A stretch of DNA of 62,649 bases, filler included, from Phoronis australis (taxonomy: Eukaryota; Animalia; Phoronida), in the NCBI GenBank assembly GCA_002633005.1. It is 3 parts of 3 records of this genome, joined end to end, with 100 filler letters (N's around TTAATTAATTAA, not from the genome) between each part and the next. Parts side by side here need not be neighbours in the genome. Positions count along the whole stretch, not along the records: positions 31,808 to 55,270 come from NMRA01000277.1; positions 55,371 to 62,649 come from NMRA01001171.1; 1 more part is not named here. The stretch is one strand, 5' to 3'. Below the pieces are notes generated by a model that was given only the letters and a program-made list of their open reading frames with translations, was not told the DNA's origin and searched no databases. Below, piece by piece: positions 49,211 through 61,545 of this stretch; within the stretch, counting starts at the first letter, position 1; the number at the start of each line of letters is the position of its first letter. Position numbers and translations under genes: made by a program.

Positions 49211-52200
49211 TAGTCTAGACGCATTTCTGAAAAATGTGCATGCTAGAGGCATTTTTTAGTAAAAGTGGAGAACCTATCTTTTTAGCATAATTATGGTGTT
49301 CTGATTTCGATTATGCCTGTTCTTAAGCTGGATTTTGAGTTTTTGACCATCTAATTTGCATAAACAAAATGGCCGCCAAACCAACAAGATAAGAAACATT
49401 CGTGGGACCAGGAGTAAAATATGTGACGAATAATTAGGAAATTTGATCTACAAAAACATAATATAAGTGTGTTTAGATCACTTAATTTTGAGAACATATT
49501 AATGAACGTCATTAAATTCCCCAAGTATGCTAATTAGCTTCCGCCATTACCGAAAAATTCAAATATCGGTGTAACTTTATCAATTTACAGGCAAACATGA
49601 CAAATAAAGTGTCTATACCTATGTTTTGAAGGTCTAGAAAAATCATGTGAAGCTTTTTATTTCATCTTCACTTAGTTACAATTCATGCTCATTAATAAAG
49701 CCTGAAAATTTGCGAACATCTCACTATTTACATAAGACATAACAGTATTGTAAATATAACAACATGACTTTTAGATACTGTTGTAAAGAGATGCATGGCC
49801 ATATCGTCCCATTTTGGACAGTAACATATCGTCCTCACAGTCGACCAAGCACTCTGCTGCAGATTAATGGAGCTTGCGTGGTCGGTCCCAGAATACCAAA
49901 ATATATTAATACAGTACCTCGTTTAGTGGTTCTTCATGTATCAGCGAACTTCATCAAGGTCACAGAAGATCACACGAGTAATTCCGGAATAGCTGAGGTG
50001 TGTATAGAGAGTGCAGTACTTGGTCAAGACCTACGGAGCTGGTCCTCAGTGGAAAGTCGTACAGCAAAGCTACAGTATGAGGGCACACAAACTGTCTTTG
50101 CAAGCTCTGTGGAATTTCCTGGTGCCAAGCCTTCTCTCATTCATTGTAGAAGCGACTGTCATGCTTGTATTTCCAGTATGTCTGCAGATGATGATGATCC
50201 ACAGAAAATTCCAGAATTGATAACATTTCTCAGTCAGGATAAGTTCAGGAAACACCTGGGCTTTTTGTCAACATTAGGTCTAATGATGTGAATTTCAGCT
50301 TCTGGTAGAGTTACAAGGACATGGTTGCAATACTGTTAAAGTACACATGCTCTCAACGGGATGGCATTTTTGGAACTGCATCTCTATTCATTTACTCTCA
50401 TGCTGCCCCACCGAATTATGCCCGAGTGGGGTGCGGTCTTTTTAGTCAAGATGCATCAGCTTCCACAGTATGTTTGGTCAGAGGTTCAAGCAGGAAATTT
50501 TGTAGTCAAGCGATCTCCTCATATGCTCTGTCAGGTAGATTCTGACCAATGGGTAAATGGGGCAAGCAAAACGGAAGTGGCATCATCGGTAATACCAAAA
50601 TCACGTCAGCTCTATGGAGGTGGACACTCTCATTGCATCTGAGATATCATATAGCTGAACAAAGTTACCACTGTGGGAGTACATAGTTTCACAACGAAGC
50701 CACGAAAGCCAGGAAACTGTGCGAAAATAATGTCGAGAGTTCCCTTCTTTACACTTTCCATGAATTGACGGTCTTCTCGTCCGCAAGACCTTAGCTGCTA
50801 CAAACCCTTGCAACAAAAGACCTAGAGCAACAGCACCAATCCAACTTTTGCATACCAAGGAACTTGGACACAAACAAATTAAGAAATTTGTTCAAGACAG
50901 ATTATTATTACAGCAATGCGATAATTCAGACACGTCAATTCATGCACCTATGCGCAAAAATAATGCCCCAACATTTGCCAACTTATATGATGTGGTGAAA
51001 CAAGCCAAAGATAAAGATAATAAAATAGTTCTTAAGGCAGACAGAGATGTACTTGGTTGTCTAGCTACGGCTTATGAGGCGGGTCGGCCAGTTGATTTGC
51101 CGTCTGTGCTCAAACGTGAGCTTCTTCCAGTCTATGTTGTCTTGCAGAAACGAGAGGCACATTGCACACTGGATATAAATCTTCACTTGTCGAAGTATTA
51201 ATAGCTACCACATCGACTGTCCTGAAACAATTCAGTTTCATGACATGTCCGCTTGCCTCATTATTGATATCAAAGCATTGCTGGTAACTCTTGGGAAGCC
51301 TGATGGTGATGTGACCTTCGAAAATCTGGCTGATTCATTCATGAAAACAGTGCTAAACACAGGATTTCGATATCATAAAATTGATATTGTATTTGACAGA
51401 TACAGACAAGAAACAATGAAGGACACAACAAGAAAACAGTGCAGTAAAGGAACACGGCAAATCAGTTGATTTTTGGAAGGCCGTGATGTACCTCTCCCTC
51501 AAAACTGGTCAAATTTTTGGCTGAGAATAAAGCAGACCTAGCACATTTCTTGTCAGAGGAACTGTGTTTGTAGACACCTGAAGATAAAGAGGTTATGGTT
51601 GCAGGAGGTTCAAAGATGAGCTGGAAGTCAAATCATCTAAGGATATGACTGATTTGAGGACTCTGAAATTCACACATTTGACGAAGCAGATGCAAAACTG
51701 GTACTGCATGCTGTCCACAGTCAGCCGTGTTTTCCAGGGACACCCGATGTTCTACTGCTTCTGGTATCGCACTTCCAACAAATGCAATGTGAGCGTATCT
51801 GACTGATGTCATATATACCTATTGAAGCACTTTTCAACAAACTACTACGAGACTCAGCAACATCCTTGTTTGCTTTTCATGCCGTCACCGGGTTTGGCAC
51901 CAACTCGTACTTTGCCAATCACATGAAACAATCATCATGGAAGGTGTTCCTAGAGCATCACANAAGAACCTCTGCATTGGTGAACTCACTGAGAAAATTA
52001 CGATGGCTTCAGAAGTATTTGTCTGCAGAATATACAACACGACCAGAACAGACCTGTAGATGTAGCACGCCATTTACTATTCTCCAAGCCCATGAACCCA
52101 GAAGTCCTTCCCCCCAACGCATAATGCCTGCCGTTTCCATCTGATGATAGTGCACTATCAGGTCAAGGTGTGGCAAAATGATCATTGTTCCATACCTGAG

Positions 52201-53152
52201 CTCCCAGCACCCTCTGATATGGGAGGGACACACACACAAACTTATGCTTGCAGCCCATGCTGATGACACAGAGTAAAATCCCAGATAGCTGCATAGAGAT
52301 GGTATTGTGTGCATGTCAGAAACAACGGAACAGTAGACAATGCAGATGCAAGAAATCTGGATTGCGATGTATATCATTATGCACATGACAGCAGCACATT
52401 CATGATCAGATTCCTTGTATGCGAACAGTTTGATATGCCTGGCTTCAGACATGTTAAAAAGTACCAGGAACAGGCCTGAAAACAATTCATGCAACAGAGA
52501 ATCTAATGTCCTCAATAACAATGACTAAATTGTTTTTTATGAATGGAAGATAACGGGATAATGTGAACATTTGTATATTCCGTCAAAATAGTGTCACCTT
52601 GCTTAACGAGCATTGCAGATTAACGACTATTTTTTCCAAATTCTGTAAGTATACATCTATAACCCAATAAACATGAAATAAATTGGTCCAAAAATGTCTC
52701 TAGCATGTTTGTTGACCATGAAAATATAAGTATTAACACCTCATTTTTCAAGTTAGTTTGCAGGAGTACAAACTTAAGACTCAAATTACATTGTATGGTA
52801 ATGGCGGGTCCTAATTTGCATAATTAGTTTTTAGAAATGCATTTTTTAATTTTCATAAGTGATCTATTGCTCAAGAAGTATTTATAAGAAGTGTACAGAT
52901 GAGACTTTTCACCATTTTAAATGGTGTATTGTGATTTCTATTACAAAAATACATCTGAACTTGACAATTTGGCCGCTATTTTGTTTATGCTAATTAGATG
53001 GTCAAAAATGCAAAATGTGGCTTGGGAACAGGGTTAGTTGAATTCGCCATGACTTGATTGTGTGAAAAAGTCTTGTTCCCAACATTTACTAAAAAATGCT
53101 TCTAGAACCTTATACATGTACAGGGCTCTTTTCAGGAAATGCGTCTAGACTA
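49211..53152 (+). mobile_element. Decayed Academ-superfamily DNA transposon (~3.94 kb)
   Basis: Termini TAGTCTAGACGCATTTC...GAAATGCGTCTAGACTA, ~450-bp imperfect inverted repeats, 4-bp TSD TAGA (49207-49210 and 53153-53156), and an internal transposase relic. Confidence 0.88.
49880..52430 (+). pseudogene. Academ transposase pseudogene (frameshifts, stops, N-terminal part missing)
   Basis: Motifs across frames: AHKLSLQALW, NYAR, GNFVVKRS..DQ, VDLPSVLKRELLPV, ACLIIDIKALL..TFENLAD..IDIVFDRY, LPQNW..ENKADLAHFL, EADAKLVLHA, LFAFHAVTG..NSYF..K..WKVF, PPT..AC.FH..HYQ..W, and a C-terminal Cys cluster (CAC..C.C.K..L.C..LCTC). These are typical of Academ XPG/PIN-like transposases. Confidence 0.85.
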
Positions 53153-53354
53153 TAGACTACTTTGATAGACAGACGGCAAGGTTTGTATTCCTCTCTCTAT
53201 GTCAAAAATAGACTGACACCCAGGTAATTTTATTTTTGATTGGTTTTAACCGAAGACCCATAATTGATTTTAAAAACCTTACAGTTTCACTAAATTAACT
53301 TTTTGAATTTGTTGCTGAGTCAGAAGCATTTCCTTTTGATGTCGGCCAATTGGN

Positions 53355-53428
53355 TTGTTCCCAACTTTTACTAAAAAATGCTTCTAGAACCTTATACAGG
53401 GCTCTTTTCAGGAAATGCGTCTAGACTA
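53355..53428 (+). mobile_element. Second copy of the Academ right terminus
   Basis: TTGTTCCCAAC..TTACTAAAAAATGCTTCTAGAACCTTATACAGGGCTCTTTTCAGGAAATGCGTCTAGACTA; begins immediately after a single N at 53354. Confidence 0.85.
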
Positions 53429-55270
53429 TATATTGTCCACCGGTTCCGTCGTAAGTAAAATATTGTATTTATTACGATTTTCTAATCCCTTCAACCAGGT
53501 CACGTGGTCACTATCACACTGCAGTGCCTTTTACTCGGTGTTTACAGCTGTTGTCCAACTTACAATAATAATCCGCGGACAATCAGGTATTAATTAATCC
53601 ACTGCGGCCTAACATGTGATTATTAGAAAATCCTCTCAATCGACCAAAGCTTGCACATGACGAATACTTTTCTAGAATGACTACCTCTACAGAAGCTTTC
53701 ATTTGAAAGACTCAAACAGCAAAACTCTGAATTTACCGAGTGCAGTAACGGAGATAGCCATTTTCGGTTAGTAGGGCCATAGTTGACAGATTCGCAACTG
53801 TGATAGTTTTCTATAAAATTCCCTGCAGTGGCGCTTCTTACTTCGTGTGTTGCTTAGAAGATAGCACTCTAGAGTGCTATTTAGCAAGAATCTTGCTATG
53901 GAAGCTAGAAATGTAAATCACGGCCTTCGCTTGCAAATCGTGGCCATATCTTGCGCAGTCTTGCACGTTCTTACCTGAAATCTGTGCCTCTGTGGAATGC
54001 TCGCCTGATACCAACTTCCGGTTGGTGTATTCCGATGGCCGGGAATTTTGTCATCTATTTTACTGCCTAGCAATACGAAAGAAAACATTTCGGCGGTGCC
54101 GGCCCGCCCACTTGCTGAGCATCTACCTAGGCCCCCGCGACCTCCGGAGTGCTAAAGTGAAATTAGCCTCGACTATAGAACAATGCAATATTCACAGTTA
54201 TTTATGACTATTTCATATCAATTAAACCGGCTGCAAGCCCACCTTCAATCGCAAGAATCAACTTTTGATTTAGAGCACTCACCGTTATGGGACTGTTCGT
54301 AAGTTGTGCCTCAGTCAAACTGCACGTGATTTCAGGGCTCCCAATGAACTGACGGCTCATTGATGCTTGATACCAGCTTGTACAGATATGCTTGTCACGG
54401 CGTGTCATTTATGGGCCGAATATGGTATCAATAAATAACGAATTGCATTTAGTTTCAAACGCGGAAATCCCTGTGTAAGGAACAAACTGAGACCAATTTT
54501 ATAGAGGTCAGTGGCCTAAATCAAAATTTACTTCGCAGGTTTATGGCTTCTGCTTAAATCACCCGGTGAATAAAAAATGGAGGAACTGTGTACAACGTGA
54601 ATGTCATTCATGTGGATTGTGTTATAAAAATGCATTTTTGCAGTGTAGTTGAGTTGTAGGAAGTAAAACGTAGTCTACGCCATAAATGTCGCAAAACGTC
54701 ACTCTAATATAAACTCACTCCTGTCAAAAACTAACTTTTTAGTTAGACTACATTCAGTTTTAAAATTTGTCTCAAATTGAATTACTGAAAGTTCTCTATT
54801 ACTCAAGATCAAGCTCAATAAAACACGATGTAAAATTGCCTTGACACAGAAGGTCATTTCATGTACTGCGCAGTGGTCCCAGTGAGTAAAAAGCGAGGTG
54901 TCAGAGCACGGGGTCTAAACTCTGTACATACAACATGCTGCATCATTATCAAACCACTCACCTTTCTCATACGATGCGCTTTGGCTCACATTACGCAGGA
55001 TTATCTCTAGAAAATTTTATTGATATAGGTAATGCACTTGTACGACAATACCTATCTGAAGTGGTGCAATGACAGTCCGAGGTCCTTCCAGTACCACCCA
55101 ACCAGCAAATGGTCCAACATGTATCGAGGTCTACCAAGATGAAATACCACTGCTCGTTCAAGTTCAAGATCTGATTTGGTTAGCGATCAGTTACAGATTG
55201 TACATTTATTTTGGTATGGCATTTAATCAGAATTTGTGCCGTCTCGATTGTGACCTTTTTTCGTACCTCT

Positions 55271-55370
55271 NNNNNNNNNNNNNNNNNNNNNNNNNNNNNN
55301 NNNNNNNNNNNNNNTTAATTAATTAANNNNNNNNNNNNNNNNNNNNNNNNNNNNNNNNNNNNNNNNNNNN
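55271..55370. other. Artificial contig-joining linker N44-TTAATTAATTAA-N44
   Basis: Identical in structure to 31708-31807. Confidence 0.95.
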
Positions 55371-58300
55371 GGCCAGCGGGGGCCAGCAGAGGCCAGCGGG
55401 GGCCAGCGGGGGCCCGCAGGGCCAGTGGGGGCCAGCGGGGGCCATTGGAGGCCAGCGGAGGCCACCGGAGGTCAGCGAAGGACAGTGGAGGCCAGTGGAG
55501 GCCAATTGAGGCCAGAGGAGGCCAGTGGAGGCCAGTGGAGGCCAGTGGAGTTCAGTGGAGGCCAGTTGAGGCCATTGGAGGCCAGTGGAGGCCAGAGGAC
55601 GCCAATGGAGGCCAGTGAAGGACACTGGAGTTCACTGGAGGCCAGTGCAGGACATTGGTGTTCAGTGGAGGCCAGTTGAGGCCAGTGGAGGTCAGTAGAT
55701 GCCAGCGAAGGCCTGTGGAGGCCAGTGGAGTATAGTGGAGACCAGTGGCGGCTTGTGGAGGCTAATAGAGGCCAGTGGAGGCCAGTAGAGGTCAGAGGAG
55801 GCCGTTAAAGGCCAATGGAGGCCCCTATAGGAAAATAAAGGACAGTGGTGATCCGTGGAGGCCTTTGAAGACAAGTAGGGGCACGTGGAAACCAGTGGAA
55901 ACTACAGGTGACCAGTCGAGGCCACTAATTGCCAGTGGAGTCCAGTGGAGGCGTGTGGAAGCTAGTGGAAGCTTTTGGTGGCGAGTGGAGGCCAATGACC
56001 GCCGCTCTATGAGAGTAGAGGGCAGTGGAGACCACTGCAGGCCGGTGCCGGCTAGAGGATACCGTTTGAGGTTAGTGGAGACTAGTGGAAAGGCTTAAAG
56101 GCCACTGGAGGCCAGTGGAGGCTAGCGGAGGGCTGTGGAGGCCAGTGGGGGCCTGTGAAGATCCGTGGAGACCAGTGGAGGCCAGTGGAGGCCCGCGGGG
56201 TCCAGCGGGGGCCAACGGAGTCCAGCGGAGGCCAGCGGATGCCAGCCTAGGACAATGGAGGCCAGTGGAGGCCAGAGGAGGCCAGCGAGGCCAGTGGAGG
56301 CCAGCGGATGCCNCAGCGAAGGCCAGTGAGGGCCAGCAGGGGCCCGCGGAGGCCAGTGGAGGCCAGCGGAGGCCAGCGGAGGCCAGCGGAGGCCAGCGGA
56401 GGCCAGCGCAGACCAGCGGAGGCCTGCGGAGGCCAGCGGAGGCCAGCGGAGGCCAGCGGGGGCCAGCAGGGCCAGGGGGGCCAGCGGGGGCCAGCGGGGG
56501 CCAGCGGGGGCCGGATTGGACCAGCGGGGGCCAGCGGAGGCCAGCAGAGGCCTGCGGATGCCAGCGGAGGCCATCGCAGACCAGCAGAGGCCAGCGGAGG
56601 CAAGCGAAGGCCAGCGGAGGCCAGCGGAGGCCAGCGGAGGACAGCGGAGTGCATCGGAGGCCAGCGGAGGCCGGCAGAGGCCTGCGGAGGCCAGAGAAGG
56701 CCAGCGGAGGCCTGCAGGGGCCAGCGGAGGCCAGCAGAGGTCAGCGGAGGCCAGCGGAGGCCATCGCTATCCAGGGGCGCCAGCGGGGGGCCCTGGAGCA
56801 AAATACAGGACAGTGGTGTTCCGTGGAGGCCATTGATGACAAGTAGGGGCACGTGTTGGCCAGTGGAAACTACAGGACACCAGTGGAGTTCACTATAGAC
56901 CAGTGGAATCCAGTGAAGGCGTGTGGAAGCTAGTGGAGGGCTTTGGAGGCCAGTGGAGATGAGTGGGAGCTATTGGAGGCCAGTGGGGGCGGATGGAGGC
57001 CAGTAAACGCCAGCGGAGGCCACCGGATGCCTGCAGAGGATAGTGGAGGCCAGTAGAGGCCAGAGAAGGCAATTGGAGCCGAGTGGAGGCCAGTGGAGGC
57101 CAGCAAAAGAAGTGGGGGCCACTGGTGACCATTGGAGGCTAGCGGAGGCCAGTGGAGGCCATTGGAAGTCAGTGGAAGTCAGTGGAGGCCCGTGGCTACC
57201 AGTGGAGGCCAGTTCAAAGGAGTGGAGTCCAGTGCAGGCCTGTGGAGGCCACTGGAGGCTATTAGAGACCAGTAGAGGCCAGTTCAAGCCAATAAAGGCC
57301 AGTATTGGCCAGAGTATTTCAGTGGAAGACAGTGGAGGCCAGTGGACACCATTGGAGGCCAGTGGAGTCCCAGGAGGACCTTGGAGGACAGTAGAGGCCA
57401 TTGATAGACAGTGGAAGCCAGTGAAAGCCGGTGGAGGCCAGTAGAGGTCAGTGATGGCCAGTGGAGGCCAGTGATAGCCGGTCCAGGAAAGGAGAGGCAA
57501 TGATGGCCAGTGGAGACCAATGGAGGCCAGCAGAGGCCACCGGGGGTCAGTAAAGGTCAGCGGATTTCACTGTAGGCCATTGGAGGCCAGTGGAGGCCGC
57601 TGGAGGTCCCTGGTTGCCAGTGGAGGCCAGTGTAGGAAATTGACAGACAGTGGAGGTCACTGTTGACCAGTGGATGCCAGTAGATGCCAGTGGACTCCAG
57701 TGGAGGCCCGTGGAGAACAGTGGAGTCCATTAGGGACCGGTTTAGGACAGTGTAGGCCAGCGGGGCCAGCTGAGGCCAGCAGAGGCCAGAAGAGGTCAGC
57801 AAAAAACAGGACAGTGGAGGCCAGTGGAGTCCAGCGGATGAAGGCGGAGGCAGCGGATTCCACTTGAGCCCAGTGTAGGCTACTGGAGGTCACTGGAAGC
57901 CAGTGGAGGCCAGGGGAGGCCAGTGGAGACCAGTGGAGACCAGTGGACGGCAGTCGAGGTCAGTGAAGGCCATTGGAGACCCGTGGAGGCCAGTGCAGAC
58001 CAGTGCAGACCAGTGGAGGCGAGTGGAGACCAGTGGTGGCCAATTGAGGCCAGTGGAGGCCTGTGGAGGGCAGTGGAGGCCACTTAAGGCCAGTAAAAAT
58101 CACTGGAGTCTATTGGTGGCCAGTAAAGGCCAGTGGAGGCCGTTAAAGGTCAGTGGAGGACCGTGGAACCAGTGGAGAGCTTTGGAGGCCAGTGGATTCC
58201 AGTGGAGACCAGTGGGGGCTGTTGGAGACCTGTGGGGGCCGGTGGAGGCCAGTAAACGCCAGTGGAGGCCTATGGAAGCCAGTGGAGGCGAGTGGAGGTC

Positions 58301-61300
58301 ACTGGAAGCCAGTGGAAGCCAGGGGAGGCCAGTGGAGACCAGTGGAGACCAGTGGACGGCAGTCGAGGTCAGTGAAGGCCATTGGAGACCCATGGAGGCC
58401 AGTGCAGACCAGTGCAGACCAGTGGAGGCGAGTGGAGACCAGTGGAGGCCACTGGAGGCCAGTGGAGACCATTAGAGGCCAGTTTAGGCCAATGAAGGCC
58501 TGTGGTGGCCAGTGGAGTCCAGTGAATGCCAGTGGAGTCCAGTGGACACCATTGGAAGCCAGTGGAGGCTCAGGAGGACCGTGGAGGACAGTACACGCCA
58601 GTGATGACCAGTGGAGGCCAGTGAAAGACGGTAGAGGCATCTAGAGGACAGTGATGTCCTGTGGAGACCCATGGAAGCCAGCAGAGGCCACAGGGGGTCA
58701 GCAAAGGCCAGCGGATTTCACTGTAGACCAGTGGAGGCCAGTGCAGGCCGTTCGATATCCCTGGAGGCCTGTGAGGGCCAGTGTAGGAAATTGGAAGAGA
58801 GTGGAGGCCACTGTTGACCAGCGAAGGCCAGTCGAAGCCTGTGGACTTCAGTGGAAGCAAGTGGAGAACAGTGAAGTCCGTTGGAGGCCGGTGGAGGTCA
58901 GCGTAGGTCAACGTCGACCAGTTGAGGCCAGCGAGGCCAGTAGACGTCAGGAAAAGACAGCTTAAGACAGCGGATTCCAGTAGAGTTCAGCGGATGTAGG
59001 CGCAGGCCGGCGGAGGCCAAGGAGCCCAGTGTAGGCTACTGGAGCCAAGTGGAGGCCAGTGGAGGACAGCGGAGGCCAGCGGAGGCCAGTTGAGGCCGGC
59101 AAAGGCAAGCAGAGGTCAGCAAAAGGCAGCGGAAGACGGCGGAAGCCAGTGGAGTCGGGAGGATGTAGGCGGAGGCCAGGGGATTCCACTTGAGCCCACT
59201 GTAGGCTACTGGAGGTCACTGGAAGCCAGTGGAGGCCAGGGGATGCCAGCGGAGGTCTACATAGGCCAAGGAGGCCAGCGGATGTAGGCGAAGGACGGCG
59301 GAGGCCACGGGAGCCCAGTGGAGGGTACGTGAAGCCACTGTCGGCCAGTGGAGGCCACTGGAGGCCAGCGCAGGCCAGCGAATGTTTGCAGAGAACAGTG
59401 GAGGCCAGTGGATGTCATTGGACTCCATTGGAGACCAGTGTTGGTCAGTGCAGGCCAGTGGAGGCCAGTGGAGGCCAGTGGAGGCCAGTGGAGGCCAGTG
59501 GAGGGTACCGGAAGCCTGTATGGGCCACTGAAGGCTAGTGGAAATCACTGGAGTCCATTGGAGGCCATTAGAGGCCAGTGGAGGCCGTTAAAGGTCAGTC
59601 GAGGACATTGGACCCAGTGGAGGGCCTTAGAGGCCCTTGGAGGCCATTGGAGGCCATTGGAGACCAGTGGGGGCCATTGGAGACCAGAGGGGGCAAGTGG
59701 AGGCCAGTGCAGCCTAGTGGAGGCCAGTGAACGCCAGTGGTGTCCAGTGGAGGCTACAGGAACCCAGTGGAGGCGATTGGAGGCGAGTGGAGGCCAGCGG
59801 AACAAGTGGAGGCCAGTAGAGGCCAGTGGAGGCCAGTGGAATTCAGCGGCGGAGGTCCGTGGACACCTGTGGAGGCCAGTGGAAGAGAGTGGAATCCAAT
59901 GAAGGCCTGTGAAGGCCACTGGAGGCCATTAGAGACCAGTACAAGCCACTGGAGGCCAATGAAGGCCAGTGGTGGTCAGTGGAGTCTAGTGGAGACCAGT
60001 GGAGGTCACTGGAGGCCCAGTGGCGGTCAGTGGAAGAGAGTATAGGCCAGTGGAGGCCAGTGAAGGCCAGTGGAGGCCAATGGATTCCAGTGGAGGCCAG
60101 TGGAGGCCAATGGAGGATTATATAGGCCACTGAAGGCCAGTGGGTATCACTGGAGTCCATTGGAGGCCAGTAGAGGTCAGTGGAGGCCGTTAAAGACCAG
60201 TGGAGGCCGTTAAAGACCAGTGGAGGACAGTGGACACAGTGGAGGGCTTTGGAGGCCCGTGGAGGCCAGTGGAGAACAGTGGAGGCCAGTGGAAGGGAGT
60301 GGAGCCGAGTGGAGGCCAGTGGAGTCCAGTGGAGGCCAGTGGAGTCCAGTGGACGCCAGTGGACTACAGTGGAGGCCTCTCGTGGCCAGTAGAGGACAGT
60401 GGTGAGCAGTGGACGCCATTGGAGAAAAGTGGGGGCACGTGGAGGCCAGTGGAAACAACTGGAGGCAAGTGGATAACAGTGAATGCCAGTGGAGGCCACT
60501 TAAGGCTAGTGGAGGCCGGTGGAGGCGTGTGGAAGCCAGTGGAGGCGTGTGGAGGCGAGTGGAGGCCAATGTATCCGCTGGAGTGGGGTAGAGGGCAGTG
60601 GAGACCACTGGGGGCCCGTGCAGGCTGGTGGAGACCGCTGGAGTCCAGCGGAGATCAGTGGAGGCCAGTGGAAGGGAATGGAGGCCTCTGGAGGTCACTC
60701 GAGGCCGGTGGATGCCAGAGGAAGCGAGTGGGGGCCAATGGACACCTGTGGAATCAAGTAGACGCCAGTGGACGCCAGTGAAGACCAGTAAAGGCCAGTG
60801 GAGATATGTAGAAGCCTGTGGAAGCCAGTGAAATCCAGAAGAAACCAGTGGAGACCGTGTTCATCCGTAGAGGCCAATAGGGGCTAGTGGAGGGCAGATG
60901 AAACGAGTGAAGGTCATTGGAGGCCAGTGGAGCCCAGTGGGGGCTACTGGAAGCCACTGGAGGCCAGTGCAGACCAGCGGAGGACAGATGAGGTCAGCAG
61001 AGACTTGCGGAGGATACTGGAGGCCACTTAGAGGCGACGGGATGCTCGTGGAGGCCAGTGGAGTCCAGTGGAATTCAGTGGAGGCCAGAGGAGGCCAGTG
61101 GAAACCAGTGGAGGCCAGTAGAGGCCAGTGGAGGCCAGTGGAGGCCAGTGGAGGCCAGTGGTGGCCAGTGGAAGCCACTGGAGGCTAGTGGAAGCCAGTA
61201 AAGGCCAGTGGAGAACAGTGGAGGCCAGTGGAGACCGGTGAAGACCATTGGAGACCAGTGGAGTCAAGTGGAAGCCAGTGGACTCAAGTGGAGGCCAGTG

Positions 61301-61545
61301 GAGGCCAGTGCAGTCCATTTGAGGCCGGTGGAGGGCAGCGTAGGCCAGCGGAAGCCAGTTGAGGCCAGCGGAGGCCAGTGGAGGTCAGGAGCCTAGTGTA
61401 GGCTATTGGAGGCCACTGGAGACCAGTGGAAGCAATTGGAGTCCAGTGGAGGCCAGTAGAGGTCAGTGGAGGCCAGTGGTGGCTTGTGGAGGCCTGTGAA
61501 AGCCATTGAAGGCCAGTGGAGTCCAGTAGATGCCAGCGGAGGCCT
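55371..61545. repeat. GC-rich decamer satellite GGCCAG(T/C)GGA, degenerate, with higher-order blocks
   Basis: 10-bp periodicity throughout, with a purine-rich + strand. All ORFs here (EASGGQWRPV / WPPLASTGLH) are translations of the repeat. Confidence 0.97.

Noticed and set aside
55323-61400. Dozens of ORFs (EASGGQWRPV / WPPLASTGLH repeats)
   Set aside because: They are translations of a stop-poor 10-bp satellite in all frames on both strands, with no splice or domain evidence.
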